Both the position numbers and the translations under genes were made by a program. The notes beneath the pieces were generated by a model that ran no database searches, was not told the DNA's origin, and was given only the letters and a program-made list of their open reading frames with translations. Positions 13,305 through 25,836 of a DNA stretch of 64,000 nt are shown in pieces. The number at the start of each line of letters is the position of its first letter. The stretch's first letter is position 1. The stretch comes from Paraspadella gotoi (Eukaryota > Animalia > Chaetognatha). Location of the stretch: positions 11,321,832 to 11,385,831 of the forward strand of contig CM119264.1 in the NCBI GenBank assembly GCA_051294375.1, read 5' to 3'.

Positions 13305-13615
13305 CAACCTTTCGACATCGTCCGTATTTCTCCCGGCAAAAAGGGCATCTCAGACGTCAACGAGTCAACGTCCCTCACAGTTGCCCTGTCCCGACTAGAC
13401 CTTTCCTTTTATCTCATTTGTTTAAATTGAGAATGCCCCCTATTTTCTCAGGCATTGTCATGGTTGATGTCGTATCATATCCTTTCCGCCTTTGCCCGTC
13501 AGGTTCCGGACTCCAGCGTCACTCGTTGAAGACTCCAGACTCTGGTCCGTCACTTCTCTTTCCCGATGCCCCTCCCTCTCTCGACTATGTCCCCGGCACG
13601 TCCTTGTTTCGAACC
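13305..13615 (+). other. ~310-bp structured island
   Basis: cgacatcg/tgatgtcg, agggca/tgccct, aatgcc/ggcatt, cggac/gtccg; weak AGTC direct repeat. Confidence 0.5.
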
Positions 13616-13712
<97 letters not shown>

Positions 13713-13920
13713 GTTCTCATTCTCTCTTCCTTCTGTCACGCCTGTTTTGCGACTCTTTGTTCTCTTGTCATAACTGTTTTCTATTTGACGCCTTTTGACA
13801 TAATTGCATAGTTCCATAGTTCCATAGTTCCATAGTTCCACAATTTTTATATTTGAAATTTTTACTCTCATGCAATAGATCTCCGGTTTCTTTATTACAT
13901 ATAAAGTCTCTTGTCTTCAG

Positions 13921-14196
13921 TCACAATTTTCTTTCCCGCTTCAAACGTCTTCGCGTTCCAAAGTCACGACACTCCTGTTTCTCCCACGTCCCTCTGTCGC
14001 CCAGCCTGTTTCTCCCGTCTGAAATGTTTCTGTCTCGGTCCTGATCCTTAGCTCGGCCATTTCCTCGCTGTCCGCTCCTCGTTTGTCCAGACGCTGCCGC
14101 CGCCGCCGCCGCAGCCGACCTCTCTCCAACGCCACTGCTGCCGCCGACGCGACCGGGGAAATTCATGAGCCGTTTCTCAATGATTTTTCCCATGGT
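13921..14196 (-). CDS. Possible terminal exon (TMGKIIEKRLMNFPGRVGG...), product unknown
   Basis: (CT)n-ccAG acceptor followed by a 90-aa open frame; no domain recognised. Confidence 0.2.
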   Translation of the reverse strand, partial: TMGKIIEKRLMNFPGRVGGSSGVGERSAAAAAAAASGQTRSGQRGNGRAKDQDRDRNISDGRNRLGDRGTWEKQECRDFGTRRRLKRERKL

Positions 14197-14197
14197 C

Positions 14198-14247
<50 letters not shown>

Positions 14248-14453
14248 TGAAATAGTGTCTGATAGAGAGCGCGAGAGAGAGACAGCTTGTCATAATCAAA
14301 TTGCATTTTTAAGAACAATAATAAAATGAAAAACCTTCACGCTTTCTCGGATATCTATTTTATTCACTTCTCTCTTTTCCTTTCCCATGTACTTTCGTTT
14401 CGTTGGTTGAATTTAGATAATAAAAAAGATTGATTTTTCACAACGAATTTTTG

Positions 14454-14498
14454 TTACAGACATGTTTCGAATAGTGTTTATAATCATTATCAGTGTAA
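14454..14498 (-). ncRNA. Second hammerhead copy, probably inactive
   Basis: Reverse complement reads ttaca-CTGATAA-t-GATTA-taaacac-TATTC-GAAAC-ATGTC-tgtaa. Stem I is perfect (ttaca/tgtaa), but core G8 is changed to A and stem II has one mismatch. Confidence 0.65.
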
Positions 14499-14676
14499 AG
14501 CAATTTGTAATTTACAAGCTTTTACCAATGTTAAAGAAGAGTTTGAGAGAAAGAGCGAGAGAGAGAGAGAAAAGAAGATGAAAGGTCAAAGGAGAAAAGG
14601 CAACACAGAGATTAAAGTTTTAAACTCACTCTCTCTCTCAATAACTCTTCTTTAACATTGCCTAAAACTTGTCAAT

Positions 14677-14859
14677 TGTGGAAGACGATGCCGCGAGCAG
14701 TTTACCGTCCGTTGCACACAAGGTCCCGAACTTCGGATCGGGCTGTAGTCCGACACTACAGGTGGGTTCTTTGGGTTGGGAGGAGCTCGTGCTACCTCCG
14801 GCGCCATAGGTGCTGCTGATTCTCGGACGAGTAGCAGGGTATGAAATACTACCGCTACA
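14677..14859 (+). mobile_element. 183-bp structured insertion, TG...CA ends, 4-bp TSD CAAT
   Basis: CAAT at 14673-76 and 14860-63; absent from the other arm of the inverted repeat. Closing stem tgtgg/ctaca; hairpins cccga/tcggg, ctgtagt/actacag, ggagg-agc/gct-a-cctcc, ggcgcc/ggtgct. Confidence 0.8.
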
Positions 14860-14874
14860 CAATCACAAATTGCT

Positions 14875-14919
14875 TTATACTGATGATGAATAAAAACACT
14901 ATTCGAAACATGTCTTTAA
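14875..14919 (+). ncRNA. Minimal type-I hammerhead ribozyme motif (Penelope-like element type)
   Basis: ttata-CTGATGA(14880-86)-t-GAATA-aaaacac-TATTC-GAAA(14905-08)-CATGTC-tttaa. Core intact, 5-bp stem II, palindromic mini stem III (ACATGT), GUC cleavage triplet ending at 14914. Stem I has one T-T mismatch. Confidence 0.75.
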
Positions 14920-15420
14920 CAATAATACAATAATACTAAAAATTCTTTGTGAAAAATCAATCTTTTCTCTCATCTAAATTAAAAAAAACAAACATTCATC
15001 ACTTGAAAGAATCGAAATAACAACTCAGAAATAAACCTTATCCCCAGATCGCACCCCGCATCCCATATTTTACAAAACCATACCAGAGACTCCAGCCCCA
15101 CGAGGACGACCAATCTCGATTATCGCTAAAGGTTCCGCCTGATTAGATTAACTATTAATCATTTCCCCGCAAAATCGAAAAAAAAAAAAAGAAGAGAAAC
15201 GATTCCATCTCAAGAAGTCGTCGGCCATGAATCAACAGGAAGGAAAATCAAATCCGCCGCCGTGGCGAGGGATTGGAGGGAGAGGCTGGGGGGCGAGTGG
15301 AGAAGTGATGACGCGTGGAAATGAGATTAAAATAACGACGAGAAAAATGCCGACGACCGGCGGAGGCGACGGGGGGGGGTGGGTGAGGGGGCGAAATCGT
15401 TTTCCTGCGTGAAGTGGTGA

Positions 15421-16032
<612 letters not shown>

Positions 16033-16848
16033 NNNNNNNNNNNNNNNNNNNNNNNNNNNNNNNNNNNNNNNNNNNNNNNNNNNNNNTTTTTTTTTTTACG
16101 ATCGGCGCCAGCGAATGAAGTCGCCGAGAAAAATGTGACGGTTTCTATGGCGACGCTTCCGGATGGATGGGAGGAGAAGAGGGGAGGGAGAGGGAGAAGG
16201 GGGTGAGAGAAACTAAGGGAAAGAAAAGGGATGAGGGGGGGAAAGTCCAGCCAGGGGAGAGAATAGGAAGATAGGATGGATGAGTTATCAACGAGCTAAC
16301 GCCGCTCGTCGAATAATAATCAAGTGAAAAAAAATTTCACTGCTTAAGATTAGGGTTAAAATATTTTTTTTAAATATTGCGCATTCGTAGTTTTTTTGTG
16401 TTTCTCCCTAAAACTACCTAAACACTACATACCTTATTTCCGCNNNNNNNNNNNNNNNNNNNNNNNNNNNNNNNNNNNNNNNNNNNNNNNNNNNNNNNNN
16501 NNNNNNNNNNNNNNNNNNNNNNNNNNNNNNNNNNNNNNNNNNNNNNNNNNNNNNNNNNNNNNNNNNNNNNNNNNNNNNNNNNNNNNNNNNNNNNNNNNNN
16601 NNNNNNNNNNNNNNNNNNNNNNNNNNNNNNNNNNNNNNNNNNNNNNNNNNNNNNNNNNNNNNNNNNNNNNNNNNNNNNNNNNNNNNNNNNNNNNNNNNNN
16701 NNAACGCCAAACTGCGCGAATGAAATCCTATCGAAAATCGAGTCAGGTATCCAGAGGGAAAAAATCTGAATCAAACTTCCTTTCAATCCGAATAAAAAAT
16801 TTGAATGCATTAGAAATATAATATGCAATTTGAAAAGATACTATATTT

Positions 16849-17108
16849 CAACAACAAGCCTGTGTGAAAACTTGACTGGGAAGTTTATCAAACTGTGAAG
16901 AGAGAAAAATTCAATCAATCACCAAACCGGTTGCCTATTGACAAACGCGAGCTGAAGCCGGAAATCCAACGCGAATTGACAGAGAATTGAGACCGGAAAA
17001 CGAAAGGAAAAAATGGTAATGTGCAACAAAGATATTGATTGCAGTAGTCTTAAGCTTTAGAGTGATGTGTTGCAAAGAAGCGATTTTTACTTCTACCATA
17101 GTTTTACA
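16849..17108 (+). mobile_element. 260-bp structured island, candidate 6-bp TSD
   Basis: ATATTT at 16843-48 and 17109-14; bulged closing stem tgtgaaaact/agttttaca. Confidence 0.4.
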
Positions 17109-17130
17109 ATATTTTTATCATGAAATTGAA

Positions 17131-17643
17131 ATGTTTACAGCAGAAAAGTAATATGATATTGTGGCGGTATATTCACACCGCCTCACGTCCACTATCCTTC
17201 AGCCAAATCCATTGGCTCAGAGGGGGAACACACCATCCCAAGCGTAGTATTCCATTCACAGTCCTAACGACTTCCCTCTGCGTTGGCAAAGCGAGACCGT
17301 CCTAGGGTAACCGCGCCAGAGACAGGAGGCGTCACTGAGGGTCCGAAGCCCCCAAAAGCCTACAGTGAGATGCCCCAGATCAATGGGCATCACAGGCAAC
17401 CCGGCTGTTGCCATAATATTCGTTTTGTCAGAGAAAACAACAGTCTTGCGAGAGGATTTGCAGGCTTTGGGAAAAACCTTGAATATTTTGAATTTAAGCC
17501 GGAGATAAGTTGATTGTTGTTGGGTGCAGGGTAATCAAGCATCGAAAAAACTCTTCGATTGTGGCTGAAAGCGTCAACATCACCATTGGTTACTTGGACG
17601 CAAAAAAATGTTTTCTCTGAGGCGAAAAACAAAATCGCGTGAC
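17131..17643 (+). mobile_element. ~513-bp structured insertion, 7-bp TSD (alternatively a 256-bp unit 17160-17415 with ATAT TSD)
   Basis: AATTGAA at 17124-30 and 17644-50; perfect 12-bp stem 17428-39/17609-20; hairpins ggcggt/accgcc, agccaa/ttggct, gatgccc/gggcatc, ggcaac/gttgcc. Confidence 0.65.
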
Positions 17644-17718
17644 AATTGAAGGAAATGGGAAAAAAAAAGGATGAGAGGAGTAAGAAAAAAACATGGCGGT
17701 CGTGTGAAAACAGCAAAG

Positions 17719-17759
<41 letters not shown>

Positions 17760-18109
17760 AAGAGAGAGAGAGAGAGAGAGAGAAGAGAGAGGAGAGAGAG
17801 AGAGAGAGAGAGAATACAGAAAAGTTACGTTTACAAGTTACGTTTTTTCTTTGGTAGAAATCAAATCACTCACTTTTTGAATTGAGTTGAATGTCAAAAC
17901 ATTTTTTTATGCACAGCACATTTTTAAAAATTTTTTAAAGTAAATATGAAAGTAAAATTTAATTTTAACATACAATTTTTTATTTAATTGAATTTATTAA
18001 AATAGAAAAATCTGAAAGTTGAAGAAGGATTTTGCGACAAATTGTAAAATTAAAAAATTATAAAATCAACCTCATTTAAAGAATAAAAAAATAAACAAAC
18101 TACAAATTA

Positions 18110-18217
18110 AGACTCAGACTTCTTCTCGACGGGGCATTCGGTTGAGGAAACGACAAATCCTAAATTGCACAAAGATTAGTTTTGACAGAATTGCGCTCGC
18201 TTAATCAAGTCGGGACG
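18110..18217 (+). other. 108-bp structured island, candidate TSD AAATTA
   Basis: ttctcgac/gttgagga; AAATTA at 18104-09 and 18218-23. Confidence 0.4.
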
Positions 18218-18757
18218 AAATTAGAAATTAAAATTAGAAAAGGATAAAACGAGTGGATCTCGAGTAAGACGATGGAACAAGCGAGCAGCAGAGCAGGAGA
18301 GACGAGAGAATGAGCGCGGAGGGAAGGAGAGCACTAGCGCAGAGAGAACAGAGAGATTGAAGAGTAAGAGAAGACGAGAGAAAGATAGAGAAGAAATGAA
18401 AGATATGAAAGAGAAAAAAATAGAGATAGATTGAGATATAGAGTATGATAGGGCAAGAGATGGCAGTAGAACAGGAGAAGAGAGAAGACGAGAGGACGGC
18501 AGAGAGAGCAGAAGGAGAAGAGATGAGAGCGAAGTATATAAGAGAATAAGAGCAGGAAAAATATACAGTTAACGAGAATGTTAAATTGGTTTATCACGAA
18601 TTAAGACACGGAGGATGAAAAAAAACAAGCAGCAGGAAACAGAATTAAAGCAGAAGAGGGTAGGGAGAGAGAGATACAAGAGAACGAGAAGAGAGAGAGA
18701 GAGAAGTAGAGAGAGAAGAAAGATGAGAGATGCAGAGAGATGAGAGATGAGAGAGAG

Positions 18758-18930
18758 CAAGTTTGGCGCCCAACCGAAGAAGGATACACCTAGAGGCGGC
18801 AAAAAGTGCGGCAGGCGTTCGGAGACTAAACAAATGGCGCGCCGGAGCGTCACGGGTGCTCGATCAGCACTCGAGCGGAAAAAGACAAAGGACACCAAGA
18901 AGGGAAGGTCGGTCTGGCGGACTCGATGGG
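18758..18930 (+). other. Structured island inside purine-rich repeats
   Basis: cgggtgct/agcactcg; ggcgttcgg/ccggagcgtc. Confidence 0.45.
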
Positions 18931-19592
18931 AAAGAAAAGAGGAAATTGGAGAAAAGGAGAAACGGAAGAAGAAAAGAAATCGGAGGAAAGGAGAAAGAGA
19001 TGGAGAAAAGAGAGTGGAGGAAAGGAGAAACGGAAGGAGAAAAGAAATCGGAGGAAAGGAGAATTGACGTTTGAGGAGAGAAGAATAGAAGGAGAAAAGA
19101 CATTGGAGGAAAGGAGAAACTGAAGGAGGAAATAAAGAAAATAAGGAAATAGAAACAGGAGAGAAGATATTAGAAGTAAAGACAAGATATTGGAAAAAAA
19201 ATAGAAAGTAGACATTAGAGGAAAGAATAAATGGAAGGAGAAAAGAAATTGGAGGCAAGTAGAAATTGGAGGAAAGAGAGAGAGAGAGAGAAGAACAAGG
19301 AGCTTCGCGCGAACAAGCGACAAGTCGATGACGTTTATTGTAAAAGAAAACAAAACGAAACTCGGAAAAAACGAGGATGAACGACGGTAAAAGACGACAT
19401 TAGTACAGGAACTTGGAATTGACACTTCTTCTTACTCGCAGTTTGCTTAGTTTAAATATTCCGTCCATGTTTTGTCATTCGAGCGGAATGTCTCGTTTTT
19501 ATAGTCGTCCTTTTAAGCGTTACGACCTGCGAACAAAGAAAAGGAAGCCGAGTGATTTGCGATCGAAGCGACCATTGGGTGCAGGACGAAAG

Positions 19593-20378
19593 GGTTGAGA
19601 GAGGGCAGCGTCGATGGGATTGATAAAAAAGTTCTTTTGGTTGAGAGAGGGCAGCGTTGTAGGGATTGATAAGGAAGGTCTTTTGGTTGAGAGAGAAATG
19701 CATCAATGGGATTGATAACGAAGGTCTTTTGGTTGAGAGNNNNNNNNNNNNNNNNNNNNNNNNNNNNNNNNNNNNNNNNNNNNNNNNNNNNNNNNNNNNN
19801 NNNNNNNNNNNNNNNNNNNNNNNNNNNNNNNNNNNNNNNNNNNNNNNNNNNNNNNNNNNNNNNNNNNNNNNNNNNNNNNNNNNNNNNNNNNNNNNNNNNN
19901 NNNNNNNNNNNNNNNNNNNNNNNNNNNNNNNNNNNNNNNNNNNNNNNNNNNNNNNNNNNNNNNNNNNNNNNNNNNNNNNNNNNNNNNNNNNNNNNNNNNN
20001 NNNNNNNNNNNNNNNNNNNNNNNNNNNNNNNNNNNNNNNNNNNNNNNNNNNNNNNNNNNNNNNNNNNNNNNNNNNNNNNNNNNNNNNNNNNNNNNNNNNN
20101 NNNNNNNNNNNNNNNNNNNNNNNNNNNNNNNNNNNNNNNNNNNNNNNNNNNNNNNNNNNNNNNNNNNNNNNNNNNNNNNNNNNNNNNNNNNNNNNNNNNN
20201 NNNNNNNNNNNNNNNNNNNNNNNNNNNNNNNNNNNNNNNNNNNNNNNNNNNNNNNNNNNNNNNNNNNNNNNNNNNNNNNNNNNNNNNNNNNNNNNNNNNG
20301 TTGTAGGGATTAATAAGGAAGGTCTTTTGGTTGAGAGAGGGCAGCGTCGATGGGTTTTATAAAAAAGTTCTTTTGGTT
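19593..20378. repeat. 46-bp minisatellite spanning an assembly gap
   Basis: Unit ttgagagagggcagcgtcgatgggattgataaaaaagttcttttgg starts at 19595, 19641, 19687 and 19733, and resumes after the Ns. Confidence 0.9.
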
Positions 20379-20400
20379 TAAATTTTTTAAAATTATTATT

Positions 20401-20563
20401 AATAACTGTTACATCACTAAAGCATTTGCGGATAGTGCTCATCCCCAGGGATCCGCAACGATATTAACTCAATGAAGCCTTCATTGAAGGTCCGGAGAGT
20501 TTATTCTTAGTTCTTCGACATTCGACATTCCGAGAGAGCAACAATACAACAAACAGTCATGAC
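20401..20563 (+). mobile_element. 163-bp structured island, 6-bp TSD
   Basis: ATTATT at 20395-400 and 20564-69; ttgcggat/atccgcaa, tcaatgaa/ttcattga, actgtt/aacagt. Confidence 0.55.
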
Positions 20564-21071
20564 ATTATTTATTTCAACCGCCGCGGTTACCTCAGTCTCA
20601 TTCGTCATACATTGTGCATCATCTTACATCAGAGTCCTCGCTCATCTTTTCTCCTCACCAATCTAAAAATCAAGCACCTCGCACCATCCTTAAATAAAAC
20701 CGAATTATCATGACCTCGCCCATTTCTCTATCCATATCAACGAATCCTTTTCAGCCTAAAACTTTTTTTCTTTTCTTTCGAAACCCAAGGGAAGTGACGC
20801 CCCTCGCTCCAGACCACTCTCCTCTTTGCAAAGTTGAAATCCCAAGAAGGCTTGAGCTTTTTTGCCCCTTCAACCCTCGAGAGGACTTAAAACCCTTTCG
20901 CTTCATTTATTCAACTCTTTCCTCTCGCTCTTTTTTTTTTCGCGTCGGACCTCGGCGTTCTCGGATTCTGCGACATCAGAGATCGAATCCATTAATCAAC
21001 TCTGGTTTGTAGTCGCATATGAGCACCCACGACTTTTCAGGAAAAAATTCTAGAGTTCCCCCACCCCCCCC

Positions 21072-21104
<33 letters not shown>

Positions 21105-21701
21105 TCTCTCTTCTCTCTTCTCTCTCTCTTCTTCTCTTCTCTCTCTCAGCTTTTTATTCCTTCGTTCTATTCCTTATTTTGGACTTTTCGGACATTTATC
21201 GGGAATTCGTTTTCTTTTTTGCATTCTCCCCTTCTCTCTCTCTTTCTCACTTTCTTTCTTTCTTTTTTTTTTCTTTCTCTTTCTTTCTTTCTTTCTGTTC
21301 TTTCTTTCTTTCTTTCTTTTCTGTTTCTTTCTTTTCTTTCTTCTTTCTTTCTTTCTTTTCTTGTCTTCTTTCTCTTCCTTTTCTTTCTTTCTTTCCTTCT
21401 TTCTTTCTTTCCTTCTTTCTTTTATTCATTCTTTTCTCAATCCGTCGCCCTTTATTTTCCCTCTCATTCTCCTTTCCCCGCGATTTTCTAAATTCTCATT
21501 TCTCCCCTTGGCCCTCTTTCATTTCCTTTCCTTATTTCTTATCTCCTCGCTCCCCCCACCCTTCTCCGCTTCTTATTACTTTTCATGAAAAGTACTTTTT
21601 TTTCTTTTTATTTTATTTATTTCCCAAGAAAAACGTGACCGTGAATTTCTTCTTATTCGATCTCATTGATTTTTTTTTCGAGCAGCAGTGTTATGTGAAA
21701 T

Positions 21702-21793
<92 letters not shown>

Positions 21794-22345
21794 ACTTTCT
21801 CTGCCTCTGCAGTTTCTCTCTCACTTTCTCTGCCTCTGCAGTTTACATCTTATCATTCATCATATAAACGTCATATACTTGATATCGTTTTACATCTTAT
21901 CTTTGTACGTAAAACTATGAACATAAGACATATAAAATGTTTGATATCGACTGCTTTACTAACAATATTTCCCATTTAAATTTATGTACGCAGCTTCATA
22001 AAAGACGAATATTTTTATACCACAGATTTCGCGCTATTTTGACACTTTCGAACAAATGGATATCAGGTAAAAACAAAGTTAAAAAAAACTTTGAAAAAGT
22101 CTAAAAAAATCGAATTCTCCAGATGATTCGTGAGTTGACAGAGATGAATTGGGACTGTCACAGACGAAGAAAGGAATTTAGGGGAGGCAGGAAAAAAGAG
22201 GGAAGGGGAGTTAAAAAAGAGTTTAAAAAATTAAGAAAAAAAAAGAACGAAATACACGAAAAAAAATGAAAAAATAAAAGTAGGATAGAAATAAAGGAAT
22301 CAAAAGAAAAAGAGAAAAAGAATGAATGAATGAATGAATGAATGA

Positions 22346-22425
<80 letters not shown>

Positions 22426-22459
22426 AAAAAAAGAAACAAAAGAATAGAAAGAAAGAAAG

Positions 22460-22765
22460 ACCCAAACAAACATTGACCTTATTTTGGGCAATCGTCAACA
22501 TGAAAGCCAAATCGAAGTAATTCGTGGACTCGTGGTTCGTCTAATCCGTGCGTTGAATCGTCCCTGTGTTCCATAGGGAGCGTTGAAGAAGATCTAGCGA
22601 ATCCCGAGACAAAGGGAATCTTCCAAAGGAAGTCGACTCATGTTAAAAGAAACAGTTTGTACTACGTGGTGATTGAGTGAAGCAACTTTGATTGTCGAGA
22701 AAAGTCGCAAATGAAATAACGAGGGAATTAAAACCGAGAAGAGCACTATAACGTAATTACGTACA
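22460..22765 (+). other. Structured island
   Basis: cccaaa/tttggg, tccctgtg/cataggga, cttcc/ggaag; ends unclear. Confidence 0.45.
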
Positions 22766-24088
22766 TCGTCCAATCGACTTCTGACTTTTCACCCGGATAA
22801 AACTTCGACCTCGCTCGCTCGCTTCGTCCTCAATCCATTTTTCATCCATCATATTCCATGGCCTTTTTTTCGCTCTGGACCTTTGCGCTTCCATTCTCAT
22901 ACCACGCTGATATTCACTCCACCTGTGAGCGAGTGAACTACATCTGCCTTTCGCTCCACCTGTCGCAACATCTGTCTTTCGCTCCACTCGTGTCGTTTTT
23001 CCTTTGCACTCTGTTTATCTGTATTTGAAGTTTAAAAAGGACAATACTTTCCACTTCCTTTCTGAATTCTTTACTTCCCACTCTTTATTACCGCTTTTTT
23101 TCCTTTTTTTAACACAACTTCTGACCACATATGAGCCTCTCTTAACAAGTTAACATAGCTTCCTTTTAATCATAGACGGACTCGTTTTCTTCGCCAGTTT
23201 CGAATCCACTCCACCTTTTCTCATTTCCCTCTCCATCTATCTCCACCCACCTTCCAATTCTTATCCACCACCTGAATTCTTTCAATTTGTTTCGCGACGC
23301 CAGCGCCTCGACTCGAACCGACGCAATACGTAAGCAGATTATCGAGTGTCATCGCCATCCGAGACCCTTTGTCTGATTGGTCGACCGCCGAAAGCCTGAC
23401 TCGCTGATTCGTGGATAAATTCGATCTCATTCCTCTTTTTAGCTCATAGGGATTGACCACCTTAATTATTTTCTCGTTCACAATTAGACGTTTTTTTCTT
23501 TTTTTTCTTCGTAGACAATTTGATTATTTGAGATCTAGGAACCGGAACATATTTCCTAGTCTTCGGGCAGGAAATTTCTTCATCCCCTCAATACAAATAT
23601 TCGATAATCATGATCAGTATACTATTTGCTCAATCGGCTTGTCGGTCTGGAACTCCGCGCTTGTCTGGTTATTTTCTGGGAATACTGCGATTCCGCCTTT
23701 TCTCTGCGCCCCCTCCCACCCCCTCGGCGGCCTCCCCTCATTCTTTTCCCGATGCAGCTTATTGGACGCCGATGCAGCCATGAAAATGTCAGAATATGAC
23801 TTTTTCCGGGAGGTCGCGTGTGGGGGGGAGGGGAATGGAGGCTTCCGGGAAATTACGCCCGGAAAGGCGGTTGTGGGGGGGGGGGCGAAAGCCATGGAGG
23901 CGGGCGCGAGGTCGTGCGTTGGAACCATTTGTTCCATCGGGCAACGATCGACCGATCGTCAATGAGTTGTCCCTGACGGTGTTTAATGGATGATGCGGGA
24001 AGCGCGTCGGCGAAGACCCGCCTACTGGGTCATAAAAGGGAATTTTTGTGTTCTTGTCCGTAAAGAAAAACTAAAGAAAGAAAAAATA

Positions 24089-24184
<96 letters not shown>

Positions 24185-24494
24185 CATACTGAAATGGAAA
24201 TAACTATGTATGTATGTATGTACAACATTTTTTTTAAAATTAACAGTTGATCACTGGAACGAAAAATAAAATATAGCACAAACGAAAAATATATTAAGTT
24301 TGCATATTCACGAAAACGTTAAAAAATAAAAAAAATAATGGATGAAAGGATCAGAAGAGAACTCAAGTCAATAGATAAATTGAGAGAGAGAGAGAGAGAG
24401 AGAGAGGAGGAGAGGACGAAGAGAGAGGAGGAGGGAGAGAGAAAGAGACTGAGTCCGAGATCACTTCCATCGGCGGAGCAAGCCAGATGATCCG

Positions 24495-24525
<31 letters not shown>

Positions 24526-25497
24526 TGTTGCGATGATTCGCATTCTGCGCAGCACGGCGACTGGGCGGTGAGCGACCGTGCACACAATTTTCCGTGACCT
24601 CGCACACAGTTTCGGGAGGCGTGGGCGTTAAACTATGCACGCGAGCGAATTTAGAAATCTTCGCACGTGTGCGCGGGTGACGTGCGGTCAAATTAAATCT
24701 TTTTAAAATGAATATAAAAATATTATAAGTTCGTAAATAGGTTACGAAAACGAAATCATATTAATTATTCGAATTTGATCGGAAAACCGTTCGTGATGTT
24801 CGACGAACGAAGTTGAAATTTGAAGAAAAAAAAAATCGACGGTGATTATTTCAATTTTTGAAAGAAAAAAAAACGTTAACGAGAAAATTGTATTGTTTTA
24901 TTGACTTTTTGTTTACGATTCGAAAAGCGGGAGTGAAATCGTTCGGTGATAAAGCGAAAACAAAATTGGGGAAAGATATTAAAAACGTCAAAGATGAAAT
25001 GTTTATTGCTTTTTAAGTAATACGGAAAGAGAAAGAAGGAAGCGAAAAGAGCCGACCTCTCAAAATTCATGAGATTGGACAACGAGGGGGAAAGTTTTTA
25101 AAGAGGCAAGGACTCGTCTCCAGAGGGATGAAATGGAAACGTATTTAGTTACGACGTAATTTCTTATAATTTTTTTTTCTGAAATAAAATAAACAATTTG
25201 ACAGTTAAAACGATAAAACGATAAAACGATAAAACGATAAAAGAAACAATTTGACATTCAAAGGATAAATCAATTAAAAACAGGTAAACATTTTTTTTTA
25301 GTCAGATCTGCTTATCAGCAGATTCCGACTCTTTAATCCACTTTGTCGGTTTGTCGGTCGCCGCCCATTATCTTGTCGGTAAGTCACTAAAATCATCTCA
25401 GAATAACGAAAGATGAAATATTTTGCAAAAAAAAATGATGTCCTTCCGTTCCCCCTTAGCTTTAAACTCCAAATAAATTAATAATGGTGAATGAATC

Positions 25498-25772
25498 GAT
25501 GGATTTGGATGAAATTTTGTGTGTGGGTAGGAAAGTGTGTGATTGAGTTGGAAATCAAGTTTCGATGGAATCGTACGAGTGGAAATGAGTTTAAATGGAA
25601 AAAACTTAGGTCATTTTTACCTGAACCTTTTTGCTAATTTTAACCCATAATTACTGTAATTAATCATAATTGGATGGATAGATTGAGATAAAATTTTGTG
25701 TGTGGGTAGGAAAGTGAGTGATTGAGCAGAATATAAAGTTTCGATGGAATCGAGAAGTGAAAATGAGGTTTG
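25498..25772. mobile_element. Two ~180-bp-period core repeats resembling a non-autonomous Helitron/Helentron-type (HINE) element; related fragment at ~7680-7735
   Basis: aaattttgtgtgtgggtaggaaagtg...agtttcgatggaatcg occurs twice; tgagataaaattttgtgtgt...gtggaaatgagtt at 7681. Family call rests on resemblance only. Confidence 0.5.
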
Positions 25773-25798
25773 GCACTTGTATTAACAAAGATATATAA

Positions 25799-25836
<38 letters not shown>

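Larger units (their letters stand above)
14410..14980. repeat. Imperfect inverted repeat (~140-bp arms) carrying the two hammerheads; right arm interrupted by an insertion
   Basis: 14410-14550 is the reverse complement of 14634-14676 plus 14864-14980 (e.g. caatgttaaagaagagtt/aactcttctttaacattg; gattgatttttcacaa/ttgtgaaaaatcaatc). Confidence 0.85.

Noticed and set aside
14660-14880. Bridge-RNA-like guides in islands matching their own insertion flanks
   Set aside because: Only 5-6 nt matches were found in the islands checked, which is chance level.
17337-17365. Twister-like ggtccgaagccc
   Set aside because: No downstream T1 pseudoknot partner and no matching upstream UAA core.
19593-20378. 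Possible CRISPR array
   Set aside because: Units are contiguous 46-mers with no unique spacers, no cas genes are present and the context is eukaryotic.
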